Assembly: GCA_964430045.1 (NCBI GenBank)
Contig: CAYSFN010000002.1
Span: forward strand, 1 to 50,102
Length of the DNA: 50,102 nt
Source of the DNA: an uncultured Gemmatimonadaceae bacterium
Lineage (GTDB): Bacteria; Gemmatimonadota; Gemmatimonadetes; Gemmatimonadales; Gemmatimonadaceae
Direction of reading: 5' to 3'
The notes under the pieces are model-generated. The model saw only the letters and a program-made list of their open reading frames with translations. It was not told the DNA's origin and did not search any database. Positions 16,517-24,898 of this stretch are shown here, in pieces. Made by a program: the position numbers and the translations under genes. Position 1 is the first letter of the stretch. Each line of letters begins with the position of its first letter.

Positions 16517-17007
16517 ATGGGTGCTCCGATCGCGTACTCGGTCAGGGTCTCGGCGGCCTCGGCTGGTAGGAGGATGCCGATGCGCTCCTCGTGCTCGCCG
16601 ATCACCACGGTGTCGGGATGGATGCCGAGCTCGGCCAGGAGGGGGCGGAGCTTCTCGAGGGTCGCCTCGCACTGCCGCCTGGTCTCCTCCTGGTGGGCCT
16701 TCTTGGCGGCCTGCTCCGCTCGGTACTCGGCGTTCCGCCGGCTGGCCTCAGCGGCCCGTTCAGCGCGGCGAGCGGCTTCGGGTCCGCAGGCTTCGATGCC
16801 CGCCTCGGTGATCGTGTACTCGCCATAGCCGAAGCCCCGGTCCTCCTTCGGCCGATGAGCGACGAGTCGGCGTTTGGCCAGCGTGTCGAGGATCCTCGAC
16901 GTCTGGAGGTTGCTGCCGAAGTACCAGCCGGAGTGTACGGACCAGGCTCCCCGTTCGAGGATGAGCATGAGCACCTGGAGCTGGCGATCGCCGAGCGGTC
17001 GAGTCAC
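16513..17007 (-). CDS. putative winged-helix DNA-binding protein
   Basis: GTG start in a GTGA overlap. N-terminal LGDRQLQVLMLILERG...TSRILDTLAKRRLV resembles a MarR-like wHTH. Charged helical middle region. Confidence 0.5.
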   Translation of the reverse strand: MTRPLGDRQLQVLMLILERGAWSVHSGWYFGSNLQTSRILDTLAKRRLVAHRPKEDRGFGYGEYTITEAGIEACGPEAARRAERAAEASRRNAEYRAEQAAKKAHQEETRRQCEATLEKLRPLLAELGIHPDTVVIGEHEERIGILLPAEAAETLTEYAIGAPI

Positions 17008-17585
17008 GACGCTTCGGCGTCTCGGAACAGCAGGCGGTCGAGCCAGTGGCGGCTACCCGCCGGCGTGCCGTCGAAGTGGAAGCGCTCCTCCTCGACGTTC
17101 GTGAACTCGACGCCCATGTCGCGGCGCTCGGCGCGCACGCTGTTGTCGTAGGTGGGCTGATCCACCCAGCCGGTCGGGAGGTAGAAGCCCCACTTCCGTC
17201 GGCTCGGCCCGTGGATCACGATGGTCCAGACCGTGCGTCGGAGCAGGCCGGTGATCCGATGGCACTCGTCGAGGCGCATCATGCGCCAGCGGAAGCGATG
17301 TCGGATCACGCGCTCTCCTCGCCGAGCGCTCTCGCCGAAGTCCTTCTCGATGAGCTCGGCGCCGGCCGCCCAGGCGCAGGCCTTGCGGGTCTCGAGCCGC
17401 TCCTCGACGTAGCCGCCGACGATAGGCATCGAGATGAACGACCAGGGATGATCGTGCAGATCGAGGCCCGGATCGGGGCCCTCCATCTTGTGAAGGAAGA
17501 TGCCGCCGAGCCACTTCCGCTCGATGCCCCAGCGGTCGAGGTAGATGCGGCCGTCGGCCCTGGTCAGTCGGAGTCGGGTTCCCAT
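17004..17585 (-). CDS. hypothetical protein (HDHPW motif)
   Basis: Internal ATG 17585 of ORF 17004..17876. 193 aa. LDLHDHPWSF could be a cupin-like metal site. No firm family. Confidence 0.55.
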   Translation of the reverse strand: MGTRLRLTRADGRIYLDRWGIERKWLGGIFLHKMEGPDPGLDLHDHPWSFISMPIVGGYVEERLETRKACAWAAGAELIEKDFGESARRGERVIRHRFRWRMMRLDECHRITGLLRRTVWTIVIHGPSRRKWGFYLPTGWVDQPTYDNSVRAERRDMGVEFTNVEEERFHFDGTPAGSRHWLDRLLFRDAEAS

Positions 17586-17593
17586 GAGTCCTC

Positions 17594-17908
17594 TCAGGTG
17601 CGATCGAAGTCGCGCACGGCCTTGATGGCGGCGTCGATCTCGGCGTCGGTCGGGTGCCACTCTCGGCACGATGGCGGGCAGGTGGGCCCGCACTTGCCGC
17701 CGGTGTGGCCCACGTTGACGGTCATGCGCTCGGCGTGGACCGTGGCCCGGTTCGAGTAGACCCAGGCGACGTCGCCGGGGATCTGGGCGGCCACCTGGTC
17801 GCAGACCATGGTGATCCCGAAGCTGATGAACTCCCGGCCGTTGATCCAGCCGTGCCAGCCATCGGGCTCGATCCACTTCACGGTTCCATGGTTCGGCTTA
17901 GCGGTCAC
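17594..17908 (-). CDS. hypothetical protein with Cys cluster
   Basis: GTG start in a GTGA overlap. 104 aa. Contains GKCGPTCPPSC. Confidence 0.55.
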   Translation of the reverse strand: MTAKPNHGTVKWIEPDGWHGWINGREFISFGITMVCDQVAAQIPGDVAWVYSNRATVHAERMTVNVGHTGGKCGPTCPPSCREWHPTDAEIDAAIKAVRDFDRT

Positions 17909-18228
17909 GGGATCCCCAACCGTGCCTGGGCATCAGCGATGATCCGTTGGAGCCATGGTGGTTGATCCGCGTCGATGTCGACCAGGCAGCTCCGCCGTTG
18001 ACGACTCGGCGTCCCGTCCTTCTTGCGCATCTGGCCTTGGACGTAGACCTCGAGGTCGCCGGCGGCGTGATGATCGTCGCCACGCCGCCGCTCCCAGCAG
18101 GTCACTTCGAAAGCGCTGGACAGGACGAGGTCACCCATGACCTCATCGCCGTCCTCGCTGACGTGGTAGCTGAGTGATGGCTTGCGGATCTCCCCGGCGA
18201 GGCGGGTGGCGTTCTGGTGGGTCGTCAT
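17905..18228 (-). CDS. hypothetical protein
   Basis: ATGA overlap with the upstream gene. 107 aa. Confidence 0.55.
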   Translation of the reverse strand: MTTHQNATRLAGEIRKPSLSYHVSEDGDEVMGDLVLSSAFEVTCWERRRGDDHHAAGDLEVYVQGQMRKKDGTPSRQRRSCLVDIDADQPPWLQRIIADAQARLGIP

Positions 18229-18455
18229 CGTTCATCAGGTGGGATGACCACCGGACCGCCGGGCTGCTGGCGACCCTCCCTCTTGAGCTTCTCGTTCATG
18301 CGCATGCGACGCAAGATCGACCGCACCGAGCTGTCGTACCGCCGTCGGGCCTCACGCACCGCCGGGTCCGTCCGCTCGAGCTCCGACAGATCAGCCTCGA
18401 GCGCCGCCCATTGCTCCGGCGTCACGTCGTCCATGTCGTACTTGATGCGTGCCAT
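18225..18455 (-). CDS. hypothetical protein
   Basis: 76 aa. Abuts the upstream stop. Charged and helical. Confidence 0.55.
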   Translation of the reverse strand: MARIKYDMDDVTPEQWAALEADLSELERTDPAVREARRRYDSSVRSILRRMRMNEKLKREGRQQPGGPVVIPPDER

Positions 18456-18704
18456 TCAGTCCTCTGAATCGCGGGCGTAGATCTGATGTTCGTAGCGCCA
18501 GATCAGACCGTTCTCGTCGGCCTTGGTCACGTTGCTGGCCCGCCCGTCGTATGGGTCCGGGCGGATGCCGGCGAGGATGTTGCCGATGTGCTCGATCGTG
18601 CCGTTCACGGAGCCGGACCCTGGGCGGCCGTCGGAGGTGGCGACGAGGTCGCCGACCTTCCAGTAGCGGCCGGGCCCATGGGTGGTTGGGTCGATGATCG
18701 GCAC
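18456..18704 (-). CDS. hypothetical protein
   Basis: GTG 18704 lies 2 nt after the stop of the Thr/Ser-rich gene. 82 aa (VPIIDPTTHGPGRYWKVGDLV...). Confidence 0.45.
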   Translation of the reverse strand: MPIIDPTTHGPGRYWKVGDLVATSDGRPGSGSVNGTIEHIGNILAGIRPDPYDGRASNVTKADENGLIWRYEHQIYARDSED

Positions 18705-18706
18705 GG

Positions 18707-19579
18707 CTACCCCGTGAAGTGCGGCGTCACGGGGACGGGGACGGCCGGCGGGACCTCGACGATGGGTGGGATCAAGCAGGAGCCGCCCCCAGGAGGTGAG
18801 GTGTCCATCTCGCAGGGGTCCATCGTTGTCGTCGTGCTCGGCGCCGTGGTGGTCGTCGAGGGCTGACTGGTCGACGTGGTCGACGTGACCGGCTGGGTCG
18901 TGGGAGTCGTCGAGGTTGTCGTGCTCGGCGCCGTCGTCGACGTCGTGGTGGTGGATGGCTGGGTCGTCGATGAGGTTGTCGAAGTCGTGGTGGGCGGGCT
19001 CGTGGTCGTCGTGGTCGACGGTTGGGTGCTCGTGGTAGTCGTCGTGGGCTGGGTCGTCGAGGTCGTCGAGGTGCTGGGCGAGCTGGTGCTCGTGGTGCTG
19101 CTGGACGTGCTGGAAGTGGTGGACGTGGTCGTAGAGGTCGTCGTCTCGGGCGGCTTGCACTTCTCGACCTGGATCCGGACCTTGCCCTCCTGCTTGTCGC
19201 TGCCGTCGGGGCCGGCCCAGATGAGGCGCCAGGCCACCTTGATCTCGCCTTCGTAGTCGGCCGGTGGGTAGATCGACATGGTCGCCTTCGAGTTGCCCGT
19301 GTTGGGCAAGGTGTCAGGCGTGAACGGGGTCCAGGTGAACGCGGGCTCGACGGCCATGACCTGGGGCTTCCCGGGACTCAGCGGGAAGCCGGTCTCGAGG
19401 TTGGTCAGCGTCACGATCGCCGGGGTGGATCGCGTGCCGCCGGCGCACGCCGCAGGCGTGACCTCGACATCGGGTTCGGGCCAGGCGCCGGCGATCATCG
19501 GGTTGGCCACGATGGTGACCACGGCGAGCGTGATCACGGCACCGATGGCGACGAGTGTGTTGCGGGTGCGGGTGTGCAT
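18707..19579 (-). CDS. exported or membrane-anchored protein with a long Thr/Ser/Pro-rich (mucin-like) region
   Basis: ATG 19579 after GAGGAG. N-terminal signal/anchor LVAIGAVITLAVVTIVANPMIAGA. About 110-aa beta-rich domain, then about 108 aa of T/S/P/Q repeats, then a Cys-containing Pro-rich tail. Confidence 0.65.
   Translation of the reverse strand: MHTRTRNTLVAIGAVITLAVVTIVANPMIAGAWPEPDVEVTPAACAGGTRSTPAIVTLTNLETGFPLSPGKPQVMAVEPAFTWTPFTPDTLPNTGNSKATMSIYPPADYEGEIKVAWRLIWAGPDGSDKQEGKVRIQVEKCKPPETTTSTTTSTTSSTSSSTTSTSSPSTSTTSTTQPTTTTTSTQPSTTTTTSPPTTTSTTSSTTQPSTTTTSTTAPSTTTSTTPTTQPVTSTTSTSQPSTTTTAPSTTTTMDPCEMDTSPPGGGSCLIPPIVEVPPAVPVPVTPHFTG
18824..19147 (-). repeat. imperfect tandem repeats encoding TTTST(Q)PS-type units
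   Basis: Reiterated gtcgtcg/ggtggt units on the plus strand. Encodes residues approx 145-252 of the 290-aa protein. Confidence 0.7.
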
Positions 19580-19596
19580 GGGTCTCCTCAGGGAAA

Positions 19597-19615
19597 TGGA
19601 ACGCCGTGTTCCAGT
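19597..19615 (-). promoter_or_regulatory. inverted pair TGGAAC-N5-GTTCCA containing an exact ACTGGAACA copy
   Basis: aTGGAACgccgtGTTCCAgt lies in the 44-nt gap upstream of the Thr/Ser-rich gene. The TGTTCCAGT copy (19607-19615) starts 28 nt from the start codon. Confidence 0.5.
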
Positions 19616-19623
19616 ATGCTTCG

Positions 19624-19851
19624 TCATCGCAGGTACGTCCAGGTCTCCTCCGGTTCTTCTTCTGTCTCATCTGGGGGCTCGTCGTCGAAGAGCGGTGGCC
19701 AGACCTTGCGCAGCCTGTCGACCAGGACCTGGGTGTCGTTGCGCGAAAGCTCGAGGCATACGTTGCCCTGGCCGGAGTAGGCGGGCGAGAGGCGGGAACC
19801 GATGATGTCCTCGACGATGTCGCTGAGCTCGGCGGCCAGGCGGGCGCTCAC
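19624..19851 (-). CDS. hypothetical acidic protein
   Basis: GTG 19851. 75 aa. C-terminal DDEPPDETEEEPEE. Confidence 0.5.
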   Translation of the reverse strand: MSARLAAELSDIVEDIIGSRLSPAYSGQGNVCLELSRNDTQVLVDRLRKVWPPLFDDEPPDETEEEPEETWTYLR

Positions 19852-19868
19852 GAGTCGTCGAACTCTAA

Positions 19869-19876
19869 GGGGGGGG
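19869..19876. repeat. G8 (C8 on the coding strand) homopolymer in an intergenic leader
   Basis: ctaaGGGGGGGGcagg, 18 nt upstream of GTG 19851. Confidence 0.8.
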
Positions 19877-19908
19877 CAGGCCTTGCATAGCCTCGCGCTG
19901 CCTATTCG

Positions 19909-21096
19909 TCATCGCGGTGCGTCGACGCGGTAGTCGGCAGTGCGCTCGCCATGAGCGGGATTGCCCTTGAGATGCATCGGCCTGTAGTAGATCCCCGTGA
20001 GTTTTCCGAAGAGCAGTCCCTTGACGGGGTGGCTGCCTGGACAACAATCCCCATAATGAGCGATGCTGCCCGGGTGGATGTGGAAAGCGTCGGTGCCCTG
20101 ACCGGAGCCCGGTCCGGATCGGATTCGGGTGGCCGTGCCGGTGGGCTGGATCTTGATGAGGTGGTAGCCGACGAGCGGGTTGGTTGCCTTGCGCTTCTTG
20201 CGGTGCTTCCTCTGCTCGCCCGGTGAGGGTTCGCGGTACTCGGTCTGCACGTTGCGGCAGTTCAAGAACGACAGGGCCATGCCCCACACGTTCAGGGCTC
20301 GAGCGAAGTCGGTGACCAGGCTCTCGCCGTCGGCGCCGTCGACCTCGAACAAGAACTGGAACATCATGTCCAGCGGTTTGCCGTGCGGGTCGAGCGCGAC
20401 CTTCCAGCTCATGAACGGACCGACGGCCTCCTTGCCCCGGCCAACGAAGAGCTGCAGCGTCCAGACCCATCGGACGTCCTCCCAGCCGTTCATGTCGAGC
20501 GAGTCCGAAGTCCAGAGCCCGTTCTCGTAGCGGACCAGGCCGTTGCCGTCGACTTCGCCCATGGTGAGATCGCTCTCTGCCTGGTAGACGATCTCGCCGG
20601 CCGGCCGGAACTTGTTGTCGACCGAACCGTGACCCACGCCGCCGGCCGCCTCGGCGATGGCGAGCACGCCGATCTGCTGGCCGTTGCGCTGGTTCCATTC
20701 GGTCCAGTACATCGGCCACTTCGGAGCGAGGCAGGGCATGTCGAGAAGCTGGGTCCGGTCGTCGGTGGTGCGCTGGTGTACGTAGACGTTGTTGGCCAGC
20801 ACGATGGGGTAGGACTTGAACATCTCACCGAGCGACCGTTGGTACTTCCGGTGGGCTTCGAGGGTCCGGTTCGCGGCGTTGCGCTCGAGCTCGTCGACCT
20901 CGTTCAACATCTGGACCACCTTGTCCTCGTTGCCTGGGATCGACATGACCCGGTCAAGGTCCGCCTCGGTGGCCTCCTCGGTGAGGCCGAGCTCGGCCAG
21001 GTGGCGGGTCTTCATGGCTTCGACGTGGTCCTGCTCCGAACGGAGCGGGCCGCGCGGCTTGTAGGCGCCGGTGAGGATAAGGTCAGCAAGTCTCAT
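19909..21096 (-). CDS. hypothetical 395-aa protein
   Basis: Internal ATG 21096 after GGAGGAG. Overlaps the HNH gene end by 14 nt. Basic patch RKHRKKRK. No recognisable domain. Confidence 0.65.
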   Translation of the reverse strand: MRLADLILTGAYKPRGPLRSEQDHVEAMKTRHLAELGLTEEATEADLDRVMSIPGNEDKVVQMLNEVDELERNAANRTLEAHRKYQRSLGEMFKSYPIVLANNVYVHQRTTDDRTQLLDMPCLAPKWPMYWTEWNQRNGQQIGVLAIAEAAGGVGHGSVDNKFRPAGEIVYQAESDLTMGEVDGNGLVRYENGLWTSDSLDMNGWEDVRWVWTLQLFVGRGKEAVGPFMSWKVALDPHGKPLDMMFQFLFEVDGADGESLVTDFARALNVWGMALSFLNCRNVQTEYREPSPGEQRKHRKKRKATNPLVGYHLIKIQPTGTATRIRSGPGSGQGTDAFHIHPGSIAHYGDCCPGSHPVKGLLFGKLTGIYYRPMHLKGNPAHGERTADYRVDAPR

Positions 21097-21565
21097 AGGA
21101 CTCCTCCGCTCTGATGATTCGGTCGATGGCGGGTAGGTAGAGGCGACGGTTCTCGACCGAGACCAGCCAGATATAGACGAGACAGACCTTCTGCCAACGT
21201 TTCTTATCGGCGTGGACCATCGCATGGTGAATTTCACAGAGAAGAATGAGGTTCTCGAGCGAGTGGTCCACGCCTTCGCTGCGGTATCGCACGTGATGTT
21301 TATGAAGTCGGCCGAGCGCGCTATGGCCCTTCGCCTGGGTCCCGCAGAACCGGCAGCGTGCCCGGTCTCGGACGTAGAGCTCGGCGACGGTCTGGGCGTC
21401 CGGTTCGTCGACGCGCTTCGGCTGAGTCGTTGTCGTGCTGTTGGGCTTCGACTGGGCGCTCCGGGCGCATTCGTCGGAGCACACGCCGCCGAGGCCGATC
21501 CGGCGATGTGGCGGCTGGTAGTAGAAGTTCTTGCACCCCTGGCATCGGTACTTGCTGTTGGCCAT
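21083..21565 (-). CDS. HNH endonuclease
   Basis: HKHHVRYRSEGVDHSLENLILLCEIHHAMVH (His-Asn-His core). N-terminal CQGC...CSDEC zinc site. Confidence 0.85.
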   Translation of the reverse strand: MANSKYRCQGCKNFYYQPPHRRIGLGGVCSDECARSAQSKPNSTTTTQPKRVDEPDAQTVAELYVRDRARCRFCGTQAKGHSALGRLHKHHVRYRSEGVDHSLENLILLCEIHHAMVHADKKRWQKVCLVYIWLVSVENRRLYLPAIDRIIRAEESYETC

Positions 21566-22098
21566 CAGCGTCGTCCTTCGGGGTTGCGGGCCTGCTGGTA
21601 GTGGTGGACGCAGAGCACCAAGCCGAACCTGGCCAAGCCAAGTGATGCCAGGTCCTCTTCGACGGGGAAGCCGCAGGTCTTGCCGGCTTTCTTCACGGCC
21701 TGACAGGTCCCGAGGTCGTGTTGGACCGGCCTCAATCCGCTAGTCAGGGGGCTGATCGCCATCTCCCGCTGGAAGAAGTTGGAGGTCGAGAACGTGGTGG
21801 TGATACCCGGTTGCGACCGAAATCGGCCATCGATGGGACTCCGAACTGGGTTCGATGAGACTCGGCCTCCCTCGAGCTTGCGCATGCCCACCCGGTATAC
21901 GGCGACCGAGCGGTCGATGGCGGTGTTGAGGTGCACGGCCCGGTCCTGCCTGGCCTCATCCTCAGAGTGTCTAGGGCCGACGTAGCCACAGGAGCACTCC
22001 ACGAAGTAGCCACCGTCGAAGTGGGACATCTGCAGCGCCATCGAGTGGTTATCGGCAGGTGGATCTGCGTAATGGGCTGAGAGGACGATGTGCGCCAT
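21565..22098 (-). CDS. hypothetical protein
   Basis: Internal ATG 22098. TGATG junctions on both sides. 177 aa. Confidence 0.55.
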   Translation of the reverse strand: MAHIVLSAHYADPPADNHSMALQMSHFDGGYFVECSCGYVGPRHSEDEARQDRAVHLNTAIDRSVAVYRVGMRKLEGGRVSSNPVRSPIDGRFRSQPGITTTFSTSNFFQREMAISPLTSGLRPVQHDLGTCQAVKKAGKTCGFPVEEDLASLGLARFGLVLCVHHYQQARNPEGRR

Positions 22099-22313
22099 CA
22101 CAGGTACCGGGCGACCCTCGTGTAGCCGGTGGCCGACTTCGTGCAGATGCCGCACTGCGGGAGGTCGCGGTCGCGCATCGCCCAGCCCTGCTCGTTGCAC
22201 GGCTTCCCGCACAGGGTCTTCAGGCCGTCGTCGGTGAGGTGGCTCTTCTTCGCTCCAATCTTCGAGCACGGCTTCGGTGTCGGCACGGCCTTCTTCCTGA
22301 TGACCCAGCTCAT
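22098..22313 (-). CDS. hypothetical small Cys-containing protein
   Basis: Internal ATG 22313 in an ATGA overlap. 71 aa. Four scattered Cys including a CGIC pair. Confidence 0.5.
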   Translation of the reverse strand: MSWVIRKKAVPTPKPCSKIGAKKSHLTDDGLKTLCGKPCNEQGWAMRDRDLPQCGICTKSATGYTRVARYL

Positions 22314-23206
22314 GCCGCCGACTCCTGACGTAGGGTCCGGCTGAGGTCGATGAGGCTCAGCGTGGCGGCGCCGAAGCGTTGGTTCGGATCCGGGGGGGCC
22401 ACCCTCGAGTCGAACATGAAACGGGGGGCCTGGCTCCAGTTCGCCTCTCGGATCAGGGAGTCGTCCAGCTCGTCGTCGATGGCGACGGGGGCGCACCCCT
22501 TCGGGCAGCGCCAACCGGTCTTCGTGGGGTAGAGCAACTCGCCGGGTTGGTGCTCCCAGCAGTGGTAGGCAACGGGCCGGCGGTGCATCTGCCATCTCCG
22601 GAGCTGCATGCACTGGCTCGCCGTCCACGGCGCCGGCACGAAGTGCATGTTGGGTTGGATGCCCTTCCTCGTGGTCGGCTTGCGCAGAACACTGAAGCCG
22701 TTCTGCTCGAAACGGGAGATGTTCCCGTCCTCGAGCAGGCCGGCCGCCTTGAACGCGTCGAGGAGCTTCTTGTAGGCGAGGTGGTCGAGGCGCTTGCCGT
22801 TGATGATGAGGTGGACATGGCCTTTCGTCGAGCTCGGGACGACGGTCGCGGGGAAGTCGAGGTCGAGCATCGGGAAGTGGTCGCCCTCGCCGGTCAGGCT
22901 GATGATGCAGTTCATGTCGGGGGTGTCGGTGTCACTGATGGCCATGACGTCGTAGGCACCACCAGGGTCGTTGCTCGTGGCGGAGAGGTTGACCAGGGCG
23001 TAGCGGAACTGGGAGTAGTCGAGTCCGGCGGCGAGCTGCTCACTCTCGATCTCGTCACGGACGTCCTGTCGGATCTGCTTCAGGAGCTTCTCGAGGCCGT
23101 TTTCGAGGAAGAACAGCTCCAACGTCTTCCGGCCGACGCTCCTTAGGACTATTCGGCGCAGCTCGTGCCAGGCATGGTCGAAGATCTCATCCGCCACCGC
23201 CGTCAC
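22310..23206 (-). CDS. hypothetical protein with LDLDF / SSTKGHVHLII motif pair
   Basis: GTG 23206 in a GTGA overlap. 298 aa. The motif pair resembles AEP primase-polymerase motifs I and II (or an HUH site) but with unusually short spacing. Confidence 0.6.
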   Translation of the reverse strand: MTAVADEIFDHAWHELRRIVLRSVGRKTLELFFLENGLEKLLKQIRQDVRDEIESEQLAAGLDYSQFRYALVNLSATSNDPGGAYDVMAISDTDTPDMNCIISLTGEGDHFPMLDLDFPATVVPSSTKGHVHLIINGKRLDHLAYKKLLDAFKAAGLLEDGNISRFEQNGFSVLRKPTTRKGIQPNMHFVPAPWTASQCMQLRRWQMHRRPVAYHCWEHQPGELLYPTKTGWRCPKGCAPVAIDDELDDSLIREANWSQAPRFMFDSRVAPPDPNQRFGAATLSLIDLSRTLRQESAA

Positions 23207-23286
23207 TCCGTGGACTCGGGCGACCCGATGCGGTAGTCCTCGAGGAAGTGCCACGCCCCTATGGCCCAGCGGGTGACCTCGCCCAT
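23203..23286 (-). CDS. possible 27-aa microprotein
   Basis: ATG 23286 in a TGATG junction. Stop in a GTGA overlap with the next start. Fills an otherwise uncovered gap. Confidence 0.25.
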   Translation of the reverse strand: MGEVTRWAIGAWHFLEDYRIGSPESTE

Positions 23287-23456
23287 CAGATGTCCTCGGC
23301 CTCGACGATGACGGCGTCCCATTCGCCGACTTCGAACTCGTCGACGATGCCTCCACGGGCGTCGGTGATCCAGACGCCGTACTCTTCAGTGACCGTGGCG
23401 AACATCCCCGGGTAGATCCTGTCGTCAAGGCCTTCGATCTTTATGGTGGTCTTCAC
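23286..23456 (-). CDS. hypothetical 56-aa protein
   Basis: GTG 23456 in a GTGA overlap. Encodes VKTTIKIEGLDDRIYPGMFATVTEEYGVWITD... Below the ORF-track cutoff. Confidence 0.4.
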   Translation of the reverse strand: MKTTIKIEGLDDRIYPGMFATVTEEYGVWITDARGGIVDEFEVGEWDAVIVEAEDI

Positions 23457-24091
23457 GCGCTCTCCTTCTCTGCAGGGCCGAGCTGGGCCCAGAGGATCTC
23501 GTCGGCTCGGTCAGCGTCGTCGTCGTCGCCAACGAGGCAGCGGTCGTGGTGCTCCTGGATCGCTCGGCGTAGGTCGGCGATCTCCTTGTTCAGGGCATCG
23601 TCCATGCGCTCGATGATGCCGCGCACCTCGATGATGGTCATGTCGAGGCCCGTCTTGAAGCGGAGCTTCTTGACCTGATCGCTCTTGAACTCCGAACGCT
23701 CACGCTCGAGGTCGGCTTCCTGGTTGGCCAGCTTCCGACGGGCGTTCGTCAACGCCTTGTCGTCACCGGAGCTCCTGGCCTCCTCGACCGACATGCGCGA
23801 GATCGTGATCCGGCCTCGCAGGCGGGACTTGGTCGAGTCGAAGCTGGCGTCGAGCGAGGCGAGCTGGCCCTCGACGCTCTTCGACTTGCGCAGGAGCTCG
23901 GCGTAGAAACGCCGGATCACCGTAGGGCTGCGGAGCTGAGGGCCGAACGTCCAGTCGGCGCGAGCTTCATCGCGTCGGTGGAGGTCCTCGTCGATGAGCC
24001 CCCGGAAGACCTCGTCCGGTAGTCCGAGGAGCTGATCCTCGGTGAGGCCGTTCTTGAGTAGTCGGTTTACGTCTTCTTCTCTGTAGCGCAT
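23453..24091 (-). CDS. coiled-coil protein
   Basis: Internal ATG 24091 in a TGATG junction. 212 aa. Long charged heptad-like segments. Confidence 0.6.
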   Translation of the reverse strand: MRYREEDVNRLLKNGLTEDQLLGLPDEVFRGLIDEDLHRRDEARADWTFGPQLRSPTVIRRFYAELLRKSKSVEGQLASLDASFDSTKSRLRGRITISRMSVEEARSSGDDKALTNARRKLANQEADLERERSEFKSDQVKKLRFKTGLDMTIIEVRGIIERMDDALNKEIADLRRAIQEHHDRCLVGDDDDADRADEILWAQLGPAEKESA

Positions 24092-24345
24092 CAATCTTCC
24101 ATGATGGATCGGGCCCACGCCTTGGCCAGCTCGATCGCGTCGATCTTCTCGATCGCGATGAGCGTGCCCTTGCGAGTGCTGATGGTCAGGTGGAGCTCCA
24201 TAGTCGCAGTGTCGATAGACCCATCACCATGGACGCCGACCGTGTCCACGGTGCAGACCGCCCGGCCGTGCCGGAACTCGAACCACGCGAGGCGCATGGC
24301 CTCGGCGTTCTCGATCGGCTCGGCTCGGACGGTCAGGTCGCGCAT
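24091..24345 (-). CDS. hypothetical protein
   Basis: ATG 24345. 84 aa. Confidence 0.55.
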   Translation of the reverse strand: MRDLTVRAEPIENAEAMRLAWFEFRHGRAVCTVDTVGVHGDGSIDTATMELHLTISTRKGTLIAIEKIDAIELAKAWARSIMED

Positions 24346-24347
24346 GA

Positions 24348-24482
24348 CTAGAACGGTCCTCGACTTCCCAGGAACATGCAGACGATGGCAAAGATGATGA
24401 TGGCCGGCAGGACCTTGTTCAGGACCGGATCACCGTCGTTGCCGCCGGCGAAGGAGTCGGTGTCCGGATCGCGCTCGGTCAT
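24348..24482 (-). CDS. possible 44-aa membrane protein
   Basis: Internal ATG 24482 in an ATGA overlap. C-terminal TM run LPAIIIFAIVCMFLG. Confidence 0.4.
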   Translation of the reverse strand: MTERDPDTDSFAGGNDGDPVLNKVLPAIIIFAIVCMFLGSRGPF

Positions 24483-24898
24483 GCCGACACCAGGCCGGCA
24501 TCGAGGGCGTGGAGCTGGGCGTTGGTCAGGAGCCGGTAGTGGCTCGGTGCCTCGTCGATGAGGAAGTCCACGATCTCCAGGTGGCGCTCGTGGCCGTCGG
24601 GCGTGGCCAGGAACCGCTTCGTGTGCTCGAGGAGGTTGAGCACGACCACGTCGACGTAGGCCTCGAAGACGTCGTCGTCGTAGATGGCACCGCTCGCCGC
24701 GATCAGTTCGGGGCAGACGGGGGCGAGCAGTCGCTTGCCGTCCTCGCTGATCACGGGGAGGAACCCGTAGCGATGCTGCGGCTCGAGAGGCCACGAGCGG
24801 TAGGTCTCGAGGTCGACGGGGGCGACGGTGACGTGGACTTCGCCGAGGCGTTCGGTGAGCGTGTCGATGGTGTACTGCGTGCGGTCAGCGATGGTCAT
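24479..24898 (-). CDS. hypothetical protein
   Basis: Internal ATG 24898 in an ATGA overlap with the RuvB-like stop. 139 aa. Confidence 0.55.
   Translation of the reverse strand: MTIADRTQYTIDTLTERLGEVHVTVAPVDLETYRSWPLEPQHRYGFLPVISEDGKRLLAPVCPELIAASGAIYDDDVFEAYVDVVVLNLLEHTKRFLATPDGHERHLEIVDFLIDEAPSHYRLLTNAQLHALDAGLVSA

Noticed and set aside
18705-19160. His/Asp-rich N-terminal extension of ORF 18456..19160
   Set aside because: It is the alternative frame of the Thr/Ser repeat DNA. The Thr/Ser frame has a signal peptide, a strong RBS and a folded domain. Only the last 82 codons (from GTG 18704) are kept as a gene.
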